64,000 bases of DNA. Source: an uncultured Actinomycetes bacterium (GTDB lineage Bacteria > Actinomycetota > Thermoleophilia > RBG-16-64-13). The stretch is from contig CAWJDT010000001.1 in assembly GCA_963841735.1 (NCBI GenBank), positions 1,344,001-1,408,000 of the forward strand, given 5' to 3'. The translations under genes were made by a program, and so were the position numbers. Each line of letters opens with the position of its first letter. Position 1 is the first letter of the stretch. Shown here one piece after another: positions 55,973 through 64,000 of this stretch. The notes under the pieces were generated by a model that was given only the letters and a program-made list of their open reading frames with translations, was not told the DNA's origin and did no database searches.

Positions 55973-57112
55973 CTAGTCGGAGAGTGCCCAAGTGTCGTTG
56001 AAGAACGAGGTCCCGGCCGATCCCCCGAAAAGGATGGCTCTGTTTGTCTTGGCATCGTAGACCATCGCCTGGCCGTCGCGAGCGGCGGGCGCGCTCGCGG
56101 GGGAGATCAATTCGCTCCAGGTGTTGGCTACGGGTTCGTACGCCCAGGTGTCGTTGAAAAGGGTGGTCCCGGCCACGCCACCGAAGAGGATGAACCCGCC
56201 GTTGTTTGGAGCGAAGACCAGAGAGGCGCGCGTGCGCTCAGGTGGCGCAGAACCGGAAGGAGAGGCTTCAGTCCAGCTGTTGGCGGCCAGGTCGTAGACC
56301 CAGGTATCGCCGAAGTATTGGGTGGCGTCGTAACCGCCGAAGAGAACCACCTTGCCGGAGTCCGGGTCGAGCGCGAGTGCGTGGAACGCCCGTGCGGGCG
56401 GAACGGCGCCCGCGGGCTTGGCGTCGTTCCAGACGCCTGTCTTGCAGTCGTATAGCCAAGTGTCGTTGAAGTAGGCCTCCGGACCGCTCATGCCGCCGAA
56501 GAGGATCACCCCATTGGAGGCTGGGTCGTAGGCCATCGCATGGAACGCGCGGGCCGGGGGGGCGCCGTTGTCGTCGCGGGCAAGCTCAGCCCACAAGTTA
56601 TCCTCCGGGCTGTAGCCCCAGGTGTCCGCGAAGGCATTCTGGCCGTCATACCCGCCGAACAGCACGACTTTCTTGCAGGCCGAACTGTAGATCATCGGAG
56701 CCCCGGCGCGCGCCGGGGGCGCGCGGCCGGCGGGGGCGAGATCGGCCCAGGTGTTTGCCGCAGGGTCGTAAGCCCAAGTATCGTCGAAGGGGTTCATTAC
56801 CTCCAGCCCTCCGAACAGAATGGTCTTGCCTGTGTTCGAATCGTTGGCGAGCCCGTGAAAGCTGCGCGCCGCTGGAACCGCGCCCGCAGGGTTGAGGATC
56901 GTCCAACTGGCGTTGGCCTGTGGTGCGGTTGTGGTAGTGGCCCGTGGTGCGGTCGTGGTGGTAGCCGCAGCGGCTGTGGTGGTGGTCTCGAGTACGGTGG
57001 TCGCAGGGTTATTGACCGCGGTCGTGGTGGTCTCCGCGCCGCCGCACCCTGACAGACCGCTTGCAGCGCCGCAACAGAGTATCAGCGCAGAAACCAAGCA
57101 TTTCATCCGCAT
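55973..57112 (-). CDS. Kelch-repeat lipoprotein
   Basis: Lipobox LSGC, Thr/Ala linker, six Kelch repeats; GAGGAGG RBS. Confidence 0.88.
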   Translation of the reverse strand: MRMKCLVSALILCCGAASGLSGCGGAETTTTAVNNPATTVLETTTTAAAATTTTAPRATTTTAPQANASWTILNPAGAVPAARSFHGLANDSNTGKTILFGGLEVMNPFDDTWAYDPAANTWADLAPAGRAPPARAGAPMIYSSACKKVVLFGGYDGQNAFADTWGYSPEDNLWAELARDDNGAPPARAFHAMAYDPASNGVILFGGMSGPEAYFNDTWLYDCKTGVWNDAKPAGAVPPARAFHALALDPDSGKVVLFGGYDATQYFGDTWVYDLAANSWTEASPSGSAPPERTRASLVFAPNNGGFILFGGVAGTTLFNDTWAYEPVANTWSELISPASAPAARDGQAMVYDAKTNRAILFGGSAGTSFFNDTWALSD

Positions 57113-57345
57113 GGCGCGCTCCTCCTCTGCCGGTCCGACGTGGTGGGTTGTTCCAAGGGCCATCATAGCGCGGCCCGCCGGCAGCTGGTCGGCTCTGCGC
57201 CGGTTTGCGCCGCGCCGGTTCACGGCCCGCCCACAGCCGGTCGGCTCCGCGCCGTTTCGCGGCGCGCCCAGCCCGCTGGGTGGTGTAAGCTTCGGCCTGC
57301 GTCCGGCGAGTCCGCGGGCGCCGGTCAACTCGTTGGAGGAGTCCC

Positions 57346-58539
57346 GTGGAGCCGACGCTCAACCCCAAACCGCAGAGTAGCGTGTCCGAGGCGAGCATAA
57401 GACACCGCCGCGCCCAGATACGGCGCCGGCGGGTGGTCGCGTTGCTCGTGTTCGTGGGCGTGGTGGCAGTGGCTGTGGCTGTTCCCCTCATAGTCCGCGA
57501 CGGCGAAGATGGGGCCGAGGCCACACCTGGACAGACCACTGGGGTGAGTACATCATCCGGCTCTGAGCCCATCGGCTCCACCACCACCGGCTCCGTGCCC
57601 CCTGCCTCGACTACCACCACCCTGATAGCGCCCGGGCAGCCGATCACCGCCGAGGTGGCCAAGACCATCAAGGCCAACGAGATGGGTTTGGTACCCGTGC
57701 TGATGTATCACAAGATCGGCAACGACATCGTGCCGCCTGCGAGGCTCCGCGACGACATCGCCCGTCTCAAAGCGGCGGGGTTCTACCCAACCACCATCAG
57801 GGAGATGGCCGAAGGTACGATGGATATCCCGGCCGGTAAAAGCCCGGTGATCCTGACCTTTGACGACTCCAGCCCCACCCACTACAAGATCCTGGAGGAT
57901 GGCACTCTCGATCCCGATTGCGCCGTAGCCATAATCCTGGCCGCTGTCGAGACCGGTGATTGGGCTCCCAAGGCCTGCTTCTTCCCTCTACTCCAGGTCG
58001 ATTCGGCGCCCAACATCGTCTTCGGGCAGCCGGAACTCGCCGACCAGAAGCTCCGCAACCTGGTGGCATGGGGCTTCGAGGTCGGCAGCCACACCATGAC
58101 TCATCGCGATCTTTCGAAGGCCACCCCGGAACAGATCCACAAGGAGCTTGCTCGATCCAAGGCGCAGTTGGAGGAGATGATTGGCGGCGGGTACCAGATC
58201 TACACGCTGAACCCACCGTTCGGGGAGTATCCGGACGACGTCTCCCTTTTGAAGTCGGGAGAGTATGAGGGCGTGGCCTATCAGTTCTCGGCTGTACTGC
58301 TGGCCGCGGGCGGCAGAGGTTTCTCGCCTTTCTCGACCGATTTCAACGCGGTGCGGATACGGCGCATCACTGCCTATCCCACTGAGACCGTGCCGAATCT
58401 AGTCACATACTTCCAGAATCACCCCGAGATGCGCTTCGTCTCGGACGGGGATCCGTCGGTGGTCTCGGCTCCGCAAGACCTTGCCGCGGATTTGGGGGAC
58501 TTGCGGACCGACCTTGCGCAGACCATCGTGCGCTATTAG
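57346..58539 (+). CDS. Membrane-anchored polysaccharide deacetylase
   Basis: PVLMYH, ILTFDD, GFEVGSHTMTH, PPFG; N-terminal TM. Confidence 0.88.
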   Translation: MEPTLNPKPQSSVSEASIRHRRAQIRRRRVVALLVFVGVVAVAVAVPLIVRDGEDGAEATPGQTTGVSTSSGSEPIGSTTTGSVPPASTTTTLIAPGQPITAEVAKTIKANEMGLVPVLMYHKIGNDIVPPARLRDDIARLKAAGFYPTTIREMAEGTMDIPAGKSPVILTFDDSSPTHYKILEDGTLDPDCAVAIILAAVETGDWAPKACFFPLLQVDSAPNIVFGQPELADQKLRNLVAWGFEVGSHTMTHRDLSKATPEQIHKELARSKAQLEEMIGGGYQIYTLNPPFGEYPDDVSLLKSGEYEGVAYQFSAVLLAAGGRGFSPFSTDFNAVRIRRITAYPTETVPNLVTYFQNHPEMRFVSDGDPSVVSAPQDLAADLGDLRTDLAQTIVRY

Positions 58540-58567
58540 CCACGGGTTGCGCCGGGGCGGCGCCGGC

Positions 58568-59263
58568 CTACTGCGCGCCCACCAGCGAGAAGCTCTCCAC
58601 CGTGCCGTCGAAGAAGTAGCGGCTTCGTTCCCATGCGTTCTCGTCGGCCCCGAACATGAACGTGTAATAGCAGTTGCCGGCCTCAAGCAAGCAGAGCCGC
58701 ATGAACGATGTTTCGTCTGCCGCGCCGAACTTGGCGGTCAACTCGGCTCCGTTCATGAGGGCGCCTTCGATCTTCCGGACGTCTCCCTCGACTGAAAGAC
58801 CGGGAAGCTCGATGCTCTCGATCTGGGTGTCGAGTAGCTCGAGCATCTCTTTGACGGACATGTCGACGCCACCTGTGTAATTTTGAGCTGCGAAGATCAT
58901 TACGGCTCCCAGCCCCGACCCGCCGGTCACCAGGCTCCCTTCTCCGAAAGCGACGAACCCGGTAGGCATCGTATCCATGCCGACCGCGATGCCGGTGAGC
59001 ACGGCGGACGCGTCGTCAAGCGGGATCTGCTCCCAGGAAAGCGGCACCTGGAAAGAGACGCCTGTTGAGTAGTCTGTGTAGGTGCCCATTTGAGCCAGCG
59101 CCGTGGCCTTGGCCTTCTGCTCAGCGGCGGCGGCGGTCTTGGCGTTGATCAGAAGGAAGGCGGCGACGCCCGTGGCCACGACCAGGAAGGCCACTATCGC
59201 CAGAATGATGGGGGTCCTACGCAAGTAGCTCCGAGCCCGCGGCGTGCGCAGCTCTGAGGCCAT
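58568..59263 (-). CDS. Hypothetical single-TM protein (PsbP-like extracellular domain possible)
   Basis: TM helix, GVSFQVP.SW, C-terminal FD..VESF; start uncertain (up to 59335). Confidence 0.6.
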   Translation of the reverse strand: MASELRTPRARSYLRRTPIILAIVAFLVVATGVAAFLLINAKTAAAAEQKAKATALAQMGTYTDYSTGVSFQVPLSWEQIPLDDASAVLTGIAVGMDTMPTGFVAFGEGSLVTGGSGLGAVMIFAAQNYTGGVDMSVKEMLELLDTQIESIELPGLSVEGDVRKIEGALMNGAELTAKFGAADETSFMRLCLLEAGNCYYTFMFGADENAWERSRYFFDGTVESFSLVGAQ

Positions 59264-59486
59264 CGTCTCATACTCGCACGAGGACACCGGGTCGGGTGTT
59301 GCCCGCTCAGACCAGTGAAGCTTCGGTTGACCCACCTCTATCTCCCGATCGCCATTGATTCCCTGCGCACTTGCAGGGATGGTTATCGGCGCTCCTGCCG
59401 CGGCGGTTTAGCGCGTTTGCGGCGCTGGGGGTTCCGTACCGGGTGGTGTTCTGAGGCTCAGGTCCAGGCCCACGGTCCCTCTGGCC

Positions 59487-60935
59487 TCAGAGGGCTAGAT
59501 CGCCGAGCATTCCCTTTGCACCATGCGGGCCGGCGCCTTCGGAGCGCGCGAACCGCAGTCCGTTGATCTCCGCGAATGTCATGTACTTACGGGCCAGCCC
59601 CCTTGAGCTCCGCCGGGACGAGAGATTGGCGATTATGCTCCATATCGGGCTACGGCCTTCCGTCACACCGGTGAGCGTGCGCCAGAGGATGTTGGGCAGG
59701 GAGTAGAAGGTGCCGTTGCAGGTAATCATCTCTGCGACGGTGTCGCTGAGTGTCAGCTTGGGATGGCGCGCCACCGGATAGGTGAGGGTGTAGTACTGCC
59801 AGTCGGCCGGGAAGTTGTCCATGGCGATGCGGTGCTGCTCCTTCATGCGGTCCCAGAGTCGGGTGCCCGGCAGAGGGGTGGCGAAGAGCACGTTCATGAT
59901 GTCCACTCCGTACCAGTCGGCGGCCGCTGCGATCCTGCCGCCGATGCCCAGGTCGTCACACTCGAGGCCGATCATGAACGAGCCTACCACCATGATCCCG
60001 TGGCCCTGGATGTTACGAACGGAGGCTCGCAGGTCGCGCGTCTTCATGAGGTTGAACTTCTTGCCCACTTCCGCCACTCCCTCGGCGGTGGGTGACTCGA
60101 AGCCGACAAAGGCCCCGATGCAGCCGGACTTCTTGGCCAGGGTGAGTAGCTCGTCGTCTTCGCCGAAATTGACTGTTACCTGGCCTATCCACTTCTTGCC
60201 CAGTTTGGCGTCGGCCATGGCTCGGAACAGATCCTTGGCCCGGCGGACCTGAGCGGGCCCGGTGCCCACGAAATTGTCGTCCACGATCAGTACACGCTTC
60301 TCGGGGATGTTGCGGAACTCCTCGACCACCTCGGCGACGGGACGCTGCCGGTAGCGGGAGCCGTTGAAGCCCGGAACGCTGCAGAAGTTGCAGTTAAGCG
60401 GGCAGCCTCTGGTGGTCTGGATGGCCCCGAAGGCGTAGCCGGAAGGCAGCAGGTCATGCCTGGCCGGGCGTATGTCCTCTATCTCGGCCAAGCCGCCCTC
60501 ATAGCGAGGCTGAAGCCGGCCGGCCAGGAAGTCGTCGAGCACCTTGCTCCACACTGCCTCGGCTTCTCCGGTGACTACCGCGTCTACGCGAGAGGCCGCT
60601 TCATCCGTGCACATGGTGGCATGGATGCCGCCCATGACCACCGGGATGCCCTGCGCCCGGAAGGCCCCAGCCAGCTCGTAGGCTCGGTTGGACTGGGAGG
60701 TAAAGGCGGTGATTCCCACCAGATCAGGGCGGGCGATGGTTGTGTAGTCGGGTATGTTCAAGGTCTCGTCGACTATGCGCACGGTCCAGTTGGGCGGGGT
60801 AAGCCCGGCCACCATCATCAGGCCAAGGGGTTGCCAGGCACGGAACCGGGTCCATTTGCTCGAGTTGGCCGTGGAGGTGCCGGCCAGCAGATTGGACGGA
60901 TTGATGAGCAGAAGGTGAGGGGAATTCGTAGTCAC
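59487..60935 (-). CDS. B12-binding domain radical SAM protein
   Basis: LLINP, DLVGIT, VVMGGIHAT, GEAE, TRGCPLNCNFC, GFES, TPLPGT. Confidence 0.9.
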   Translation of the reverse strand: MTTNSPHLLLINPSNLLAGTSTANSSKWTRFRAWQPLGLMMVAGLTPPNWTVRIVDETLNIPDYTTIARPDLVGITAFTSQSNRAYELAGAFRAQGIPVVMGGIHATMCTDEAASRVDAVVTGEAEAVWSKVLDDFLAGRLQPRYEGGLAEIEDIRPARHDLLPSGYAFGAIQTTRGCPLNCNFCSVPGFNGSRYRQRPVAEVVEEFRNIPEKRVLIVDDNFVGTGPAQVRRAKDLFRAMADAKLGKKWIGQVTVNFGEDDELLTLAKKSGCIGAFVGFESPTAEGVAEVGKKFNLMKTRDLRASVRNIQGHGIMVVGSFMIGLECDDLGIGGRIAAAADWYGVDIMNVLFATPLPGTRLWDRMKEQHRIAMDNFPADWQYYTLTYPVARHPKLTLSDTVAEMITCNGTFYSLPNILWRTLTGVTEGRSPIWSIIANLSSRRSSRGLARKYMTFAEINGLRFARSEGAGPHGAKGMLGDLAL

Positions 60936-61097
60936 GTTTCTCCGATCGAGATCGCGAAGCAGCATACGCAGAATGAACGCAAAGCACGTGAGCCAGGTTA
61001 CCACGTAGGCGTCAGGGGGGAGCGTGGCCACCCGTCTCTTATAGAATACCGCCTTCGCCGGGTAGACAAAACGCCTTCCAGCCGCCAATATCGGCGC

Positions 61098-62162
61098 ATG
61101 CTTAAGCGCATCGCCTCTCTCATACGCAAGGAATTCATCCAGATACGCCGCGACCGGCGGACTTTGATGATGATGATCGCCATCCCGATCATCTGGATCG
61201 TGGTGTTTGGGTATGCGGCCACGTTCGACGTCAAGAACGTCCGTGCCGTGGTGGCGGTACCGAAGGATTCGCCTGCGGCGGCGCTCATCGCGGCCGGCCT
61301 TGACGCTTCCGAGTACTTCCAGGTGGTCGAGCAAGGCCCGTTCTCCGACGTCGAACTCGAGGCGGCCATCAATGAGCACAGGGCTTCGGTCGCCATCCGG
61401 CCCCCAGGCACCGACGCTCCCGGCTTGTTCATCGCCGACGGGTCCGACCTCTTCACCGCTCAGGCGGCCGCCCGGCAGATCCAGGCGCTGGTCCAGCGTT
61501 TGGCCGAGCAGACGGGCACTCCCGCCTATGTGGAGCAGAGGATCCTCTACAACCCCGACCTGCGCTCGGTCAACTACATGATCCCCGGACTGGTGGGCAT
61601 CGTCATGGTGTTCATCGCCACCATGATGACGGCCGTCGCGGTGGTGCGCGAGCGCGAGCGGGGAACCCTGGAGCAACTGCTCGTCACGCCTGCCAATCCC
61701 ATGGAGATCATGATCGGCAAGATCATCCCTTACATGGTCATCGCATTTGCCGACTTCTTGCTGGTGATGGCCTGCGGGGTGTGGATATTCAATGTGCCCT
61801 TTGCCGGCAATCCCGGGCTGCTTATGCTGCTGTCGCTGGCCTTCTTGTTCGTGAGTCTGGGGTTGGGGCTGCTGATATCTACCGTGTCATACACTCAGCA
61901 GCAGGCCATGCAGTTGGCTGTGTTCACTTTGGTGCCCCAGATACTGCTCTCAGGGTTCATCTTTCCGCTGGCTGCCATTCCCTGGGGGGTGCGCTGGGTG
62001 GCCTATCTGGCGCCTCTCACATACTTCCTGCCTATCTCTCGCGGCACATTCATGCGCGGTGAGGGTCTGAGCGACCTGTGGCTGTATGTAGTTATTCTGG
62101 TGGGCTACGCGGTGGTGATCGTCAGTTTGGCCGCCTGGCGCTTTCGGAAGAAGCTGATGTGA
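61098..62162 (+). CDS. ABC-2 type exporter permease
   Basis: RKEFIQIRRDRR, YNPDL, RERERGTLEQLLVTP, LSGFIFP. Confidence 0.92.
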   Translation: MLKRIASLIRKEFIQIRRDRRTLMMMIAIPIIWIVVFGYAATFDVKNVRAVVAVPKDSPAAALIAAGLDASEYFQVVEQGPFSDVELEAAINEHRASVAIRPPGTDAPGLFIADGSDLFTAQAAARQIQALVQRLAEQTGTPAYVEQRILYNPDLRSVNYMIPGLVGIVMVFIATMMTAVAVVRERERGTLEQLLVTPANPMEIMIGKIIPYMVIAFADFLLVMACGVWIFNVPFAGNPGLLMLLSLAFLFVSLGLGLLISTVSYTQQQAMQLAVFTLVPQILLSGFIFPLAAIPWGVRWVAYLAPLTYFLPISRGTFMRGEGLSDLWLYVVILVGYAVVIVSLAAWRFRKKLM

Positions 62163-63115
62163 GCTCGGAGGAGTTTGCGCCGGTGTCATCCCGGGGCGCA
62201 TCGCCCCTTCTTGAGTTGCGGGGAGTCGTGGTCCGTTATGGCCGGACGGTGGCGCTTGACGGGGCCAGTCTGGTTATCCGGCCCGGCGACACGGTTGCCG
62301 TGCTGGGCCCCGACGGAGCGGGCAAGTCCACGCTCTTGCGAGTGATGGCCGGTCTTGCCCGAGTGGCAGCTGGCACTGTGGACTCGCGTCTCTCCCGGGG
62401 TGAACTGGGGTACGCGGGTTCTACATTCGACCTCTACGGCGATCTGACCGTACTGGAGAACCTTCAGTTTTTCGGGCGGCTGCGCGGCATGGACGAGGCA
62501 TGGTTGGGCGATCGGATCGCGGCCATGCTGGCTCTGACAGGACTGAAGGCCGCCCAAGGCCGGCTCGCGGGGCGTTTGTCCGGCGGGATGAAGAAGGGCC
62601 TCGCCCTCGCCTGCGCCATGGTGCACCAGCCGGCCTTGCTGCTGCTGGACGAGCCGACGGTGGGAGTGGACCCGGTCTCGCGCCAGGAGCTATGGGACAT
62701 CGTCATGGCGGTCGCGGCCGCGGGCACCGCCACGGTGTTCACCAGCTGCTACTTGGAGGAATCCCAATACGCGGCTCGGTTGGTCGCCATGGGCGGGGGA
62801 AGACTTACCGAGACCACAGTTGCAGAGGTCATGGCGGGCGCCGCGGGGTGGTCGGCTTGGGTGATGCCGGTGTCAGAAGACCGGACTGAGGTGCGCGCCC
62901 GTCTTGCCGAAGTGGTGCACGAGCCCCGCGTCTATCTGCGGCCGGAGGGGTTGACGGTGTTGGCCGAGAACGAGGAGACCGCGCGCCGGCTGCTGGCGCA
63001 GACCGTGGGAGGTGCCTTCGCGGCCGCCGGGCTCACCCGCGGCCGACCGACCTTTGAGGACGCCTTTGTGCTGATGGAGGGCCGAGCCGGGGTCCGAGAC
63101 GGGAGCGGAGGGTGA
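62159..63115 (+). CDS. ABC transporter ATP-binding protein
   Basis: GPDGAGKST, LSGGM, LLLDEPT. Confidence 0.92.
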   Translation: MSSEEFAPVSSRGASPLLELRGVVVRYGRTVALDGASLVIRPGDTVAVLGPDGAGKSTLLRVMAGLARVAAGTVDSRLSRGELGYAGSTFDLYGDLTVLENLQFFGRLRGMDEAWLGDRIAAMLALTGLKAAQGRLAGRLSGGMKKGLALACAMVHQPALLLLDEPTVGVDPVSRQELWDIVMAVAAAGTATVFTSCYLEESQYAARLVAMGGGRLTETTVAEVMAGAAGWSAWVMPVSEDRTEVRARLAEVVHEPRVYLRPEGLTVLAENEETARRLLAQTVGGAFAAAGLTRGRPTFEDAFVLMEGRAGVRDGSGG

Positions 63116-64000
63116 ATGGGTCCCCCGTCATAGAGACCCAGGGTTTGACGAAGGCGCTCGGCGGTCGGACCGTGGTCGACGGTCTGGACCTGGCAGTACA
63201 CGCGGGCGAGGTCTACGGATTCCTGGGTCCCAACGGCGCCGGCAAGACCACGACGCTCCGCATGCTTCTTGGACTACTGGCCACCGATTCCGGCTCGGCC
63301 ACGGTGCTGGGGTTCGACTGCCGGCGGCAGGGCCCCGCTCTGCGGCGGCTGGTGGGCTACGTCTCGCAACTGCGTTCCCTCTACCTGGACCTCACCGTGG
63401 AGCAGAACCTGCTCTTCTTCGGCCGCATGTATGGCCTGGGGCCGGAGCGGCTGGCGGAGCGCATGGCGGCGGAGGTGGAGCGCTTCCAGCTGGGCGGAGA
63501 CCTGGGCCGGCTGCTTGGCTCGGTGCCCACCGGGGCTCAGCGCCGTTGCTCACTGGCGGTGGCTCTGCTTCACCAGCCTAAGCTGTTGATCCTAGACGAG
63601 CCCACCAGCGGCATGGACACCACCAGCCGTCGGGAGTTCTGGGCTTTCTTGGGCGGCTTGGCCGCAGCCGAGACCACCGTTATCATCACCACTCACCATC
63701 TGGAAGAGGTGCAGGTCTGTGACCGGCTTTGCCTGATGCTCGGAGGCCGCCTGCATTTCGAAGGCACCCCCTCCGACATGGTGGAGGCCTTCCCTGGGCC
63801 GGTGCTACTGGTGTCCGCCGAGGGTTTGCAGGAAGCGCACAAGATCTTGAAAAATGAATTCGGTGCCTCTCTTCTGGGGGACCGCATCCGAGTCCAGCGC
63901 CAGGGCGTCGAGCCGAACCAGGTGCTACGCGTTCTGGAGGCTGCCGGCATAAGCGGGGCGTGGGTGGAAAGCGTGGCGCCGACGTTGGAGGACGCCTTCG
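63112..64000 (+). CDS. Second ABC transporter ATP-binding protein (runs off window end)
   Basis: GTG 63112; GPNGAGKTT, ILDEPTSG, TTHHLEE read directly from sequence; no stop before 64000. Confidence 0.9.
   Translation, partial: MNGSPVIETQGLTKALGGRTVVDGLDLAVHAGEVYGFLGPNGAGKTTTLRMLLGLLATDSGSATVLGFDCRRQGPALRRLVGYVSQLRSLYLDLTVEQNLLFFGRMYGLGPERLAERMAAEVERFQLGGDLGRLLGSVPTGAQRRCSLAVALLHQPKLLILDEPTSGMDTTSRREFWAFLGGLAAAETTVIITTHHLEEVQVCDRLCLMLGGRLHFEGTPSDMVEAFPGPVLLVSAEGLQEAHKILKNEFGASLLGDRIRVQRQGVEPNQVLRVLEAAGISGAWVESVAPTLEDAF

Noticed and set aside
1-64000. Complete tRNA, rRNA or prophage genes
   Set aside because: No full cloverleaf, rRNA-like stretch or phage structural gene recognised by eye

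Overview
High-GC genomic window from a probably anaerobic bacterium. DUF3068/PorA, CW_binding_2 proteins and several leaderless TANNNT-N6/7-ATG starts suggest Actinomycetota, possibly Thermoleophilia/Coriobacteriia-like; this is inference only. Core content: acr3-arsM arsenic genes, two 2-oxoacid:ferredoxin oxidoreductase operons (por-like with a frameshifted delta subunit, and vor-like), crotonase/acyl-CoA dehydrogenase/RidA, a two-component system, an Fe-S/SDR/ZIP/OYE operon, two SpoIID-CWB2 proteins, an ECF sigma/anti-sigma pair, three Kelch proteins, a B12 radical SAM enzyme and an ABC-2 exporter. Two accessory regions stand out. (1) About 11.8-18.2 kb: a complete IS1111-type (IS110 family) element whose bridge/seek-RNA target guides can be read from the sequence, followed by an integron-like cassette array (putative attI plus 4-5 attC sites, no intI in the window). 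(2) About 29.8-36.4 kb: a decaying defence island (higBA remnant, SNF2 remnant, broken Type III R-M) that holds an intact SatD-like nucleotide-cyclase-fold/HTH gene coupled to a DUF3307 membrane gene, behind a 4 x 29-bp palindromic repeat array; this is the best candidate for an undescribed system. All product calls come from motif recognition by eye, no searches were run, and some frameshifts/deletions could be assembly artefacts.
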